Below, in pieces: positions 41,955-51,618 of a stretch of 64,000 bases of DNA. The translations under genes and the position numbers were made by a program. Every line of letters starts with the position of its first letter. Positions within the stretch are counted from its first letter, which is position 1. Under the pieces are notes generated by a model. That model did no database searches, was not told the DNA's origin, and worked only from the letters and a program-made list of their open reading frames with translations. The DNA comes from Terriglobia bacterium (lineage in GTDB: Bacteria; Acidobacteriota; Terriglobia; JAJPHL01; JAPKYU01): positions 1,216,001 to 1,280,000 of the forward strand of contig CBDBKE010000004.1 in the NCBI GenBank assembly GCA_965206645.1, written 5' to 3'.

Positions 41955-43220
41955 ATGCATTCTGAAAAAGCGTCAATATGCAATCTTGTGCTCCTGCTTG
42001 TTTTGTCAAGCGGCCTGATGGCACAGAACGTCTCGCTCAGCAGTCATCCCCATCCGTCGCTGGACTATCCGATTCGTGTGGTTGAAGCCGAGCCTTACTT
42101 GCGGCCGGGTACCAACATGAGACAGGAGGGAGACTTCAAGGCTGTCTACAGAAAGCTCGGTGTTCTGCCGGCAGAGCGGATGCGACTGCCAGTTCCCGGA
42201 TCCACTTGGCGCCTGGATGGCAGGGTGGGCCGGACCAAGGATGGTACCATCTACGCCGGGTTCGGAACTTATCTCTACTGGTCAAAGGACGAAGGCAAAA
42301 CCTGGACTGGCAAGAGACTCCAGGGCTTGCCGAACACACAAAAGGAGGCCGTTTCAGCTCAAGCCTTTGGCGTCGCCGGTCAATATATTTACGTGGCCCA
42401 TCGAGCGAGTGGACTGCCGCCCCTGACCCCCGGGGATGTGGAGAACCCAGCCGTAGCACCTGGAAAACACAAACTCTATCCACTGGTGATTTCTCGTTCC
42501 AGGGATGGAGGCAAAACTTGGGAAAGCAGCGAGCCTTTAGCCCCTCCTTCTTCCTATATGGCTTTAGCAGGAGATGGCAATTCTATTATTGTCCTGGGAG
42601 ACGGAACTCTCTTGGCGGCGCTTGATGCGTATAACCCCGATTTTCCAGCCGAACAAGCGGGGCGGTCTGCTCAGATATTCTTTCGCAGCACCGACCAGGG
42701 AAAAACCTGGGGAAATCCCACCATAATTCCGGATAGGGCTGCAGAAACGGGGCTCTTGTCCTTGGGGGGACTTCGGGTGATGGCCGCAATTCGGGGAATC
42801 CCTAATTCTAGGTTAGGGGGAAAGACTGTGCAATTAGCAGATTCAAACGACGGGGGACGAACGTGGAAAAACTTTCGACCCCTGAACCGGGTGTTCGGTC
42901 AAGCTCACTGCGACCTGGCACTACTTCCAGGAGGAGGGGTGGTAGCCGTTTATGAAAACCGTTACCCTTACGCGGAGGGCGGTGACGTGCGTGCCCGCAT
43001 CAGCTGGGACGGAGGCCGGAGTTGGGAACCAGAGCTCTACATCCTTATGAAGGGCCATGGCTACGCAGGTTCGGTAGCGACCAAGGATGGAGCCATCATT
43101 ACCGTGGCTGGCGATGGCCAAATTGGACGTGACGGTCGACCCACCGGAAGGGGCTACACGTTGCAGGCCATGCGATGGAGGCCCCGGGATAAGTCCGGTA
43201 AGATCGTGCATGACCAGTAA
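41955..43220 (+). CDS. Secreted BNR/Asp-box (sialidase-like) protein
   Basis: Signal peptide; five Asp-boxes (SKDEGKTW, SRDGGKTW, STDQGKTW, SNDGGRTW, SWDGGRSW). Confidence 0.8.
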   Translation: MHSEKASICNLVLLLVLSSGLMAQNVSLSSHPHPSLDYPIRVVEAEPYLRPGTNMRQEGDFKAVYRKLGVLPAERMRLPVPGSTWRLDGRVGRTKDGTIYAGFGTYLYWSKDEGKTWTGKRLQGLPNTQKEAVSAQAFGVAGQYIYVAHRASGLPPLTPGDVENPAVAPGKHKLYPLVISRSRDGGKTWESSEPLAPPSSYMALAGDGNSIIVLGDGTLLAALDAYNPDFPAEQAGRSAQIFFRSTDQGKTWGNPTIIPDRAAETGLLSLGGLRVMAAIRGIPNSRLGGKTVQLADSNDGGRTWKNFRPLNRVFGQAHCDLALLPGGGVVAVYENRYPYAEGGDVRARISWDGGRSWEPELYILMKGHGYAGSVATKDGAIITVAGDGQIGRDGRPTGRGYTLQAMRWRPRDKSGKIVHDQ

Positions 43221-43252
43221 GATCGTGCATCACCGGTAGGATAGTGCATCAA
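43196..43252. repeat. Tandem repeat, 3 x 19 bp spanning the stop codon
   Basis: cggtaagatcgtgcatgac / cagtaagatcgtgcatcac / cggtaggatagtgcatcaa. Confidence 0.85.
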
Positions 43253-43296
43253 TAAATAGTCCAGAGGCACAACCGAACACCTCCGAGGATTCTGTT

Positions 43297-44757
43297 ATGC
43301 GGACCAATCGTCGTGAATTTCTCGACAGTCTTGGCGCGGCCACGCTGGCTGTCGCCACCACCGCTCGGAAAGCGGGGGCGCAGCGGGCCAGCCGCAACGT
43401 GCTGGTGATTGTGGCCGACGACCAGGGGCTGGACCTCGGCTGCTACGGCAACCGCATGATCCAGACGCCCAACCTGGACCGGCTGGCGAGCGAAGGTGTG
43501 CGGTTCCCCTACGCCTTCACCTCCACCGCCTCCTGCAGCGCTAGCCGCTCGGTGATCCTGACCGGGCTGTACAACCACGCCAGCGGGCAATTCGGGCACG
43601 CCCACATGCCGCACAACTTCCACACTCTCCCGCACGTGCGCAGCCTGCCGCGCCTGCTCCGCGACCGCGGCTACCTCACCGCGGTGATTGGCAAGCTGCA
43701 CGTGCAGCCGGCGAGCCTGTATCCGTTCGAGGTTTCGGAGGAAGGCAGCCCGCGCGACCTGGTGGGCATGGCTCGCAAGGCGGCCTCGGTCTTTCACCAG
43801 GCACGTGACTCCAACCGCCCCTTCTACCTGCACGTCGGCTACGATGACCCGCACCGCGTCGGACGCGGCTTCGGCAATGAGCACCAGTATGCCGGCGTCA
43901 AGCCCGTTGTCTATGATCCGGCCAAAATCGAGCTGCCCTACTTCCTGCCCGATCAGCCGGAAGTGCGCCAGGAAATGGCCGAGTATTATCAGGCGGTCAG
44001 CCGCCTGGACCAGGGCGTGGGCATGCTGCTGGAGGAATTGCGCACCGCGGGCCAGGAGGAGCAGACCCTGGTCATCTACATCAGCGACAACGGCATTCCC
44101 TTCCCCGGCGCCAAGGCCACCCTATATGAGCCCGGCGTGCGACTGCCGATGCTTGTGCGCTCGCCGCGGCTGAAGCGACGCGGGCTGGTCAATACGGCCC
44201 TGGCCCACTTTGTGGACCTGTTGCCGACCTGCCTGGATTGGGCCGGCGCGCCACCGCCCGACTATCCCCTACACGGGCCTCTGTACGGCCCCGTGCACGG
44301 TCGCTCGCTGCTGCCCATCCTAGACCAGGAGAATCCCGACGGCTGGGATGAGGTGTTTCTGTCGCACACTTTCCACGAGGTCATCAACTATTACCCAGGT
44401 CGTGGCATTCGCACGCGCCGTCACAAGTACATCCGCAACCTGTTCCCGGAATTGCTCTACCCCTTCCCCAGCGACCTGTTCGCATCCCGGACCTGGCAGG
44501 GGAGCCTGAAGCGCAAGGACACGATGATGGGCCGGCGCCCGGTGGAGACATTCCTGAGGCGCCCGGCCGAGGAGCTTTACGACCTGGAGAAGGATCCGGA
44601 AGAGGTGCGGAACGTGGCCGGCTTGCCCCAGTACGCCGAGGTGCTGGCCACCTGCCGCAAGAAAGTGGACCAGATGCAGCAGGCGACGCGTGACCCCTGG
44701 TGGAATATCCACCAGCAGCGCCGCCGCCTGGCCGACTACCTGGGCGTGCCGGCCTGA
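43297..44757 (+). CDS. Sulfatase, N-sulfoglucosamine sulfohydrolase-like, Tat signal
   Basis: NRREFL; ADDQG, CSASR, GKLH, DPH, SDNG, ELYDL. Confidence 0.88.
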   Translation: MRTNRREFLDSLGAATLAVATTARKAGAQRASRNVLVIVADDQGLDLGCYGNRMIQTPNLDRLASEGVRFPYAFTSTASCSASRSVILTGLYNHASGQFGHAHMPHNFHTLPHVRSLPRLLRDRGYLTAVIGKLHVQPASLYPFEVSEEGSPRDLVGMARKAASVFHQARDSNRPFYLHVGYDDPHRVGRGFGNEHQYAGVKPVVYDPAKIELPYFLPDQPEVRQEMAEYYQAVSRLDQGVGMLLEELRTAGQEEQTLVIYISDNGIPFPGAKATLYEPGVRLPMLVRSPRLKRRGLVNTALAHFVDLLPTCLDWAGAPPPDYPLHGPLYGPVHGRSLLPILDQENPDGWDEVFLSHTFHEVINYYPGRGIRTRRHKYIRNLFPELLYPFPSDLFASRTWQGSLKRKDTMMGRRPVETFLRRPAEELYDLEKDPEEVRNVAGLPQYAEVLATCRKKVDQMQQATRDPWWNIHQQRRRLADYLGVPA

Positions 44758-44899
44758 GCTCAGATACCATGTTTCACCCGCCAAGGATGGAGATTGGCCA
44801 GTCGAAGGCTAGTCAAGGGCTGTGAACCTTTGTTAGAACAAGTTAGGTCGGAATTTTGACCTCCAATTGGAAATTCTGGTTGAAGTAAGTTGAAGTAAA

Positions 44900-45769
44900 A
44901 TGATCTCGATGCGACCCGCGTTCCTACTCTGGGTGATCACCTCGGCTGCGCTCGTGCCCGTGTCCCTCCCCGCCGAGAAGAAGCCCCCACTGCCCAAGCG
45001 CTTTGTCATCGGGGCGATCAGTGTGACGCCCGAGGTGTGGGACAAGGAGGCCAACTTCGCCAAGCTCGACCGCTGGGCCCGCGAGGCCGCATCCCGCGGC
45101 GCGAAGTTGATCGTCACGCCCGAGGGTTTTCTCGAGGGCTACGTCGGCAACGAGAGGAAGAATCCCGAGGCGACCCGCGAGCGCTACTTCGCCATCGGCG
45201 AGCCGATCGACGGGCCGATCCTAGCGCGCGTCCGCGCGCTCGCGCGCGAGCTGGGCGTCTATCTTTCCCTTGGTTTCGCCGAGCAACGCGGCGAGAGGAT
45301 GTTTAACTCGACGGCGCTCATCAACCCTTCGGGCGAGATCGCATCTGTCTATTCAAAGAGCCACACCGCGCATGACGAGCCTTTCAATACCAAGGGTGTC
45401 CTGTTCCCCGTCGCCGACACCTCGCTCGCCCGCATCGGCTCGCTTGTCTGCTACGACCGGCAGTTGCCGGAGACCTCGCGCATTCTCGCCATCAAGGGAG
45501 CACAACTCATTCTCGTGCCCGCCTGGGGCAACTACAACGATCTGAACGACGCCATGATGCGTACGCGCGCTCACGAGAACAGCGTGTGGCTGGCCTTCGT
45601 GCACCCCAAGCGCGCGCTGATCATCGATCCACGAGGCGACGTCGTTGCTGCCGACGACGGCGAACACGACCAGGTCGTCACCGCCGAGGTCGTCCTCGAC
45701 GAGCGCGTCGGCTCCGGCGCCGTGCGCGACCGCAAGCCTGAAATTTACGGCGACCTGCTCGGCAAGTAG
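44900..45769 (+). CDS. Carbon-nitrogen hydrolase (nitrilase superfamily), secreted
   Basis: TPE, YSKSH, VCYDR Glu-Lys-Cys triad; signal peptide. Confidence 0.88.
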   Translation: MISMRPAFLLWVITSAALVPVSLPAEKKPPLPKRFVIGAISVTPEVWDKEANFAKLDRWAREAASRGAKLIVTPEGFLEGYVGNERKNPEATRERYFAIGEPIDGPILARVRALARELGVYLSLGFAEQRGERMFNSTALINPSGEIASVYSKSHTAHDEPFNTKGVLFPVADTSLARIGSLVCYDRQLPETSRILAIKGAQLILVPAWGNYNDLNDAMMRTRAHENSVWLAFVHPKRALIIDPRGDVVAADDGEHDQVVTAEVVLDERVGSGAVRDRKPEIYGDLLGK

Positions 45770-45878
45770 ACCTCTCCCCGGCGACGGAGCACCCGAGAGC
45801 GCAGACACTCGTTATCTTTGACAGGGAAATACCGGGTAAACGGCGCCCTTGGCTGGAACAACAGGAGTGAAGTCCGCC

Positions 45879-46337
45879 CTACGGGCTTCCGCGCAATGAA
45901 GTTGTGAGCGGCCAGGCCTTGCCGACAACAGTGATCCGATTCGGGAAGTCGGACGAAAAGTGCTCGTAGCAGCACCCTTCACAGACTCCGGATAGTTTGA
46001 AAACATAAATCAAAGTGACACCTCGGGGATCTTCCTGAACCTCGTTTGATTTCCGGAACTTCCATTTCTTGGCATTCTCCTGCGCTGCCTTAGGCAGAAG
46101 ACCCGTGACAGGGCCACGGTGGGAGATCACCTCGATTCTCTCCACAGCACCATCCTCGCCGATTATGCAACGAACGACGATCTCCCCGTGTGCCCTTGCT
46201 TGAGCAGCCAGCGCAGGGTATTCCAAGGCTTCTAAATGTTCGACTGCCCACCCCTACCCTCGGAGGGGATCGGCAAAACTGACGCACATCACCAGAAGAA
46301 ATAACAGTCGATTGAAAGAGCACCAACAGTTTCCCAT
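45879..46337 (-). pseudogene. TonB C-terminal domain protein with in-frame TAG at codon 28
   Basis: YPALAAQARAHGEIVV..IGEDGAV..AKKWKF; GGAGG-preceded ATG 46337 with signal-like peptide; stop at 46254-46256. Confidence 0.65.
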
Positions 46338-46905
46338 CTTTCCTCCTATCGCTGCTGCATACGCCGCCGGATCCAGGCGGTGAGCGGGTGGTCCACGTAG
46401 ACGAAGCGAGTTCCGGGGCCGGCTCGCAGCAGGGTTTCTCCCCGGCTGCTACCGCAGCCACACAGCTGCCCTCCAGTGGCGTGGTCGTCTCCTGGCGGAT
46501 GATCTCTAGCGAGCCGGCCAGCACATGCAGATCGAAGCCAGCGGGAACGATCCTGTGCTGGAACTCAATCTCCCTGTGCACCTTGATGTAGACATCTACG
46601 CTGGAGTCTTCGCCGACCTGGCCGCCGAGCAAGCGCACCATGGTGCAGCGCCTGGAGCGCGCGAAGTGCGAGCCGTCCTGGAAGGGGTTGACCACCTGGG
46701 CCAGGTCGCGCACGTCGAGGCCGGCACCTCGTGCCAGCCGCTCGGCTTCCTCCAGCACAGTGGGGTCGCGCAGGATTTCCTCGACGGGGATCACTCGGTC
46801 ACTGGCCCCACCTCGCTCAGAGTCTCCTGGAAGTAACCGCGCCGACGAGGAGCAGGCCGACGGCGGTAGATTTCGAGATGCTGGGTGTCGGCCTCCTCGG
46901 CGACC

Positions 46906-47370
46906 TCAGTGCTCCTGTCGGCGGGCCTTTTTCTCAGCCGTTTTCTCATCTGGCTGCTTCTCCGTCGCGGCCTGATCCTGACCGCCAACCTGGATGGCCC
47001 GCCGGACCGCAACGCCAGGACCGCCGACAGCAGTCGGCAAGGCGGCCTCGGCACGCGCCTCCAGCTGCGCTGAGCGCGTCTCCAACGCAGCAAACCGGCT
47101 CTCGAAAGCTCCCACCCTGGCCTCCAGAGCGGCCAGCCGCCTCTTCAATGCCTTCGGCTCTAGCAAGTCCCCCCGAGCGCCAAGTCTGACACGGGTTTCC
47201 GCAGCTTTCCTCACCTCCTCCAGCTTTTCCAGAAAGCGGCGACTGGGCTTCCTACTACCTGATTCGTAGGAGCTGATCGCCGAGCGCGAATAGCCGGTCA
47301 GGCGAGCAAGCTGGGACTTGTTGATGTTTAAGGCTTTGCAAGCCTCTCGGATGGGCTTCGAAGAATTCAT
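46906..47370 (-). CDS. XRE-family HTH regulator with coiled-coil C-terminus (phage repressor-like)
   Basis: LNINKSQLARLTGYSRSAISSYESGSRKP HTH_3; heptad LAALEARVGAFESRFAALE. Confidence 0.75.
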   Translation of the reverse strand: MNSSKPIREACKALNINKSQLARLTGYSRSAISSYESGSRKPSRRFLEKLEEVRKAAETRVRLGARGDLLEPKALKRRLAALEARVGAFESRFAALETRSAQLEARAEAALPTAVGGPGVAVRRAIQVGGQDQAATEKQPDEKTAEKKARRQEH

Positions 47371-47709
47371 GACATAACCAGTTGGCACATGTGTACTATC
47401 TGTGCTACACAAGTGACAGTATATGCATACATGCAAACAAACCTCGCGCTCCTACCGGCTCCACTGCTCTATGGGCTTCGCAATCAAGGTCCATAAGCTT
47501 TCTAACGCGGCTGAGGGGTTCCAGGCAATGGGAAAAGCGCAGAGGTTCGATGCGTGGCAAGGCGACGCTGCGCTCTGAGGGTCGAGCGCAGGGAGGCATT
47601 CTACTGCGCTCGGGACCTGGAGGCGGCGGGCAAAAAACCGCGCCCAAGATGGTCGTCTGCGTGGGCAACTCAGGCAACCGCCACAAGGCTGCCGACAGGA
47701 GCAGAAAGC

Positions 47710-48189
47710 ATGGCTACGAACCGACAATCTTCGCCGTCCGTCCGGCAAGCCCCACCTCGCGCTTCACACTGTTCAGCCGACCCGTCCTGTGTGTGGCCCG
47801 TGGCGGCCGAAGGCGTGTGCGTCCACCATTACCGCATGTTCCGCAAGCCTGAAGCTGTCTTGGGCACCATGCTCGGGTCCGTCAAAGGGCCGGAGACAGA
47901 AGCGCAGCAGCTGACCATCTCGGCAGTCTTCTCCGCAGCGCTTCGCGCCCCGCAATTCGCTGAAAGCACTGCCCCGCCGACCGTGGGGCGACCCCAGAAC
48001 AGTGGGACGGTCCGGCACTGCCGAAACCAGAGCTGCGGAACTCACCTCGGGGCGAACAATCGCAGCGGACTTTGCAAGCGGTGTGGCGACCGCATGCGCG
48101 CGTTCAATGTGCGGCGAGCACGTCGCGGCGCCGCGCGGTGGCTCTCGTTCGAGCAGTACGAGGCTGCCCGGAGTGGCCTGCGGATGTAG
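47710..48189 (+). CDS. Hypothetical phage-like protein with two putative zinc-binding motifs
   Basis: CSADPSC..GVCVHHY and CRNQSC..SGLCKRC. Confidence 0.5.
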   Translation: MATNRQSSPSVRQAPPRASHCSADPSCVWPVAAEGVCVHHYRMFRKPEAVLGTMLGSVKGPETEAQQLTISAVFSAALRAPQFAESTAPPTVGRPQNSGTVRHCRNQSCGTHLGANNRSGLCKRCGDRMRAFNVRRARRGAARWLSFEQYEAARSGLRM

Positions 48190-48305
48190 CAAAGATCTTC
48201 GGGATCGCAGAAACGCGACGTTCTGGTTTCAGGTCTGAATGTTTCTTCGGTAGCAGCACGCGGCAGATGCCGCGTGCTCTTTGAGAAACGGGGCGAAACA
48301 GCAGC

Positions 48306-48521
48306 ATGTCCAGGTCACACGATTGGGTTCGTATCGCCGATGCGGCACGCGCCACCGGCATCCCCGCCCGGACCATCCGCTGGTGGGCTGAGCGCCGCAA
48401 GATCCCGTTTGCCCAGATCGGTGGCCCGCGAACGTGGCTGCTGGTTTATCTGCCCGCGCTCAACCGGCCCGGCGTCAACCCATCGATACAGAGAAACAAC
48501 CGCAAAGATAGGCACCCCTGA
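48306..48521 (+). CDS. Excisionase/MerR-like small HTH protein
   Basis: WVRIADAARATGIPARTIRWWAERRKIP resembles the HTH_17/Xis pattern. Confidence 0.6.
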   Translation: MSRSHDWVRIADAARATGIPARTIRWWAERRKIPFAQIGGPRTWLLVYLPALNRPGVNPSIQRNNRKDRHP

Positions 48522-48659
48522 AAATGCGTCTTGCCCGGGAGGAACCGATTGAACCATCCAGACTGGCAGATCCTACTCTCCACGCGGCTTTCGCTGAAGC
48601 TGCCCGGTGAAGACAGGACGGCCCACTACGCGCATTGCCCGGCGCCGCCACCGCGCGGC

Positions 48660-48851
48660 CTACCGAGCCCCGCGTTTCTTCTTCCTACTTTTCTTCTCGC
48701 TCTTGACGCGCGCGACTTCGCTTACGAACACATAGTACTCCACAAACTTTTCGCGCAGAGTGTCGTCCAGGCGCCCGGAGTGCAGCGACAGGCGCCCAGC
48801 GCCGACAAAGCCAGCAGCCAGAACGGCAGCGGCCAGAATTTCAGTGTTCAT
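48660..48851 (-). CDS. Small hypothetical protein (hydrophobic N-terminus, basic tail)
   Basis: GAGGAG RBS before ATG; no family recognised. Confidence 0.35.
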   Translation of the reverse strand: MNTEILAAAVLAAGFVGAGRLSLHSGRLDDTLREKFVEYYVFVSEVARVKSEKKSRKKKRGAR

Positions 48852-49110
48852 AGTGAGCTCCTCTCTTCCAGTGAAGTGCAACTCAGCAACAGGCATTGCG
48901 TCGCCCAGAACTCCACGTTCCCGCCTTGAAAGGGCAAGCCAGCCTCAGAAGTCAGAATTGTAGTTGGTAACGATAGCGGGCGACAAGGAGAGATACAGGT
49001 CGCTGCCGCCGCTGTGGGGCCAGTGGGTGCACTTGTTTTAGATGGACTGAGCCTGCGGGGGCGGCGGCCTAGCGAGCGCAAGCGATTGGGATTATGTAAA
49101 CTCCTGCCAG

Positions 49111-50277
49111 CTCAACCGGTCGATGCAACACAAGCGTTAAATCGTTCTGCCGGAGTTTCAAACTCCAGCGTCTGACGGGGCCGTTCGTTCAGCTGACGTG
49201 CCACCTTGTTCAGATGCGCCTGAGAGTGCACCGACAAGTCCGTTCCCTTGGGGAAGTACTGTCGGAGTAGACCGTTGGTGCGACCGCGCTGCCATGGACT
49301 CTGAGGATCACAGAAGTATACGTCAATGTCGGCGCCAACGTGAAATGCTCGGCGAGCTCCAGGCCTCGATCCCAAGTCAGAGATTTGTACAGTTCCGTCG
49401 GCAGCTTCTTCGCGTGCTTGATGAGCGCCGACACGACCGTCTCCGTTTTCTTGCTGGATACTTTCGTAAGCATCACGAGCGCGTATGACGTTCGACCAGA
49501 GTCGCAATGTGGCTGTTCTTCGATCCGGACAGCAGATCGCCTTCCCAATGACCGGGCACGGCACGATCTTCGACCGAGGCCGGGCGCTCACGGATCGATA
49601 CGATGTCGGTGATCTGTCCTCGTCCATGGCCTCTCAGACTTGCATGTCGGGATCGACGAATCGTCCGCTTTGACCGCAGATGCTGCATCAGCTCTGCCTT
49701 CAGCGCACCGCGGGCTTGAACAAACAGGCTGCGGTAGATGGTCTTGAGACACGTGATAGGACGGATCCTTCGGATAGGCTCGTTTCAGCCAGCTGGCGAT
49801 CTGCTCAGGCGACCAGTTTATCAGCTTTCTGGCCACTACCCGTCGTAGTTGTGGATGCTTGACCAGCTGACCGCTTCGGCCGGCGGGCCCTCTCCCCGGC
49901 TTGCTCATCGGCCTCCGCTGCTCGATAGTCATTATCGCCGCCATTCCGCCGAATCTCCCGGCTCACCGTCGATGGTGAGCGACCCAGCAACCCGGCGATG
50001 GATCGTATCGTGATGTGCCGCAATGCCTCGAGAGATCTCTTCGCGCTCCGACAACGTCAGTGCCCAACATGAACGGCGTGGTGGCCGAGGACGGATGCCT
50101 CCGTACGGAGCAAGCTGATGGTAAACAGACGATGGCTGGTCCAATCGACTTGAGCGACTCCCCTCGTTTCCACCGATCCCACACCTCCTCCAGCGCCAGC
50201 GTGTAACCGCGACGAGCTCTTTGCTTCATCCGCATACACTCCACCTCCTCCTTTCAAGGCAAAGTGTTGCGTCTGAG
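49111..50277 (-). mobile_element. Degenerate IS30 family element (multiply frameshifted transposase)
   Basis: Fragments WDRWKRGES, LGRSPSTVSREIRRNGG, WSPEQI, GHWEGDLL, LTWDRG, YFCDPQSPWQRG, NGLLRQYFPKG; left IR CTCAACCGGTCGATGCAACAC, right IR GTGTTGCGTC-TGAG with deletion. Confidence 0.9.
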
Positions 50278-50483
50278 ACCACCCCCATTTAGTCACGAAA
50301 AGTGTCTATCCTGCAGTCACACAGTAAAGTGGGCGAGCGTCTCCCTGGCGCAGCTGAAAGGGACTCCAGTTCAATTACGGTTTGTCATGAGAGACGCCGA
50401 CCTTTACTCGATTCGGTTCAAAGAGTAACTTATGCACTCAGGTATTCTTGCAACGCGAATTCTTCTTCTAAAGGAGGGCTGCG

Positions 50484-51509
50484 GTGTCGCATTCAGGTCG
50501 GGTGGGATTCATGCTTGGGGTAGGCATCGTCGCGGTGATCGCCATGTTTGGATTGGTGGCACACGCCCAGGATAATCCGTATCGCAGTGTGGAGGGTTGG
50601 GCGCAGATCCCCGAGGGGAGGGAGTGGGGATCGACGAGCGCGGTGCATCCGGCTCAGGACGGCAGCATATGGGTAGCGGAGAGATGTGGCCAAAACAGCT
50701 GCGTCGGTCGAGATGATGTCCCGCCGATCCTCTTGTTTGATTCCTCAGGCAATCTACGGAAGAGTTTTGGCGAGGGGATGTTTGTGTGGCCCCACGGTAT
50801 CGATGTGGACCAGGACGGAAACGTGTGGGTGACCGACGCACAGGGAGAAGGTGGAAAGGGCCATCAAGTCTTCCAGTTCAGTCCGGATGGAAAGGTGTTG
50901 ATGACTCTGGGCACCGCGGGGGTCGCCGGGAAGGGTCCGGACATCTTCAATGGGCCGTCTGATGTGCTGGTTGCTCCCAATGGCGACATTTTTGTCGTGG
51001 ACGGCCATATTGTCGTGGATGGCCATGGTGAGAATGGTAACAACCGCGTGGTCAAGTTTTCCAGCGATGGGAAATTCATCAAGGCCTGGGGGAAAACAGG
51101 AACAGAACCCGGTGAGTTCCAAGATCCCCACGCCCTCGCCATGGATTCCCAAGGACGGCTGTTCGTCGGCGACCGGGGCAACAATCGGATCCAGATCTTC
51201 GACCAGGAGGGAATCTACATCGCGCACTGGACACAATTTGGTCGGCCGAGCGGGCTGTTCATTGCTGAAGACGACACCATTTATGTGGCCGACTCGGAGT
51301 CGGACGCGCGCCGGAACCCGGGCTGGAAGAGAGGCATCCGAATCGGGAGCGCCAAAGACGGCCGGGTCACGGCCTTCATTCCAGACCCTGAACCGGATCC
51401 GGACAACTCCAGTACGAGCGGGGCGGAAGGCGTTGCGGCCGATGCGATAGGCAACCTGTACGGGGCAGAGGTCGGCCCGCGGATGTTGAGGAAATACGTC
51501 AAGCGGTAG
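50484..51509 (+). CDS. NHL-repeat peptidyl-alpha-hydroxyglycine alpha-amidating lyase family protein, secreted
   Basis: FVWPHGI..DGNVWVTD, FNGPSDV, FQDPHAL, DRGNNRIQIFD; signal peptide. Confidence 0.85.
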   Translation: MSHSGRVGFMLGVGIVAVIAMFGLVAHAQDNPYRSVEGWAQIPEGREWGSTSAVHPAQDGSIWVAERCGQNSCVGRDDVPPILLFDSSGNLRKSFGEGMFVWPHGIDVDQDGNVWVTDAQGEGGKGHQVFQFSPDGKVLMTLGTAGVAGKGPDIFNGPSDVLVAPNGDIFVVDGHIVVDGHGENGNNRVVKFSSDGKFIKAWGKTGTEPGEFQDPHALAMDSQGRLFVGDRGNNRIQIFDQEGIYIAHWTQFGRPSGLFIAEDDTIYVADSESDARRNPGWKRGIRIGSAKDGRVTAFIPDPEPDPDNSSTSGAEGVAADAIGNLYGAEVGPRMLRKYVKR

Positions 51510-51556
51510 AGGCGTCCCCTGCGGGATTCGACCCGCGTTTCCGCCCTAAAAGGACG
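51510..51556 (-). pseudogene. Degenerate 3' fragment of tRNA-Glu (att-site-like remnant)
   Basis: Minus strand CGTCCTTTTAGGGCGGAAACGCGGGTCGAATCCCGCAGGGGACGCCT: T-arm and GGGGACGCC acceptor typical of tRNA-Glu; 5' half absent. Confidence 0.6.
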
Positions 51557-51618
51557 CGTCTAGCAATCTAGCTGGAGTGCGGCCAGGACTAAAGGCAAGC
51601 GTCTCGGCCGCCACCGGC

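Noticed and set aside
46090-46794. 234-aa ORF as one complete gene
   Set aside because: Its 3' half overlaps the TonB-C gene in another frame; only the first about 110 codons look coding and no family was recognised
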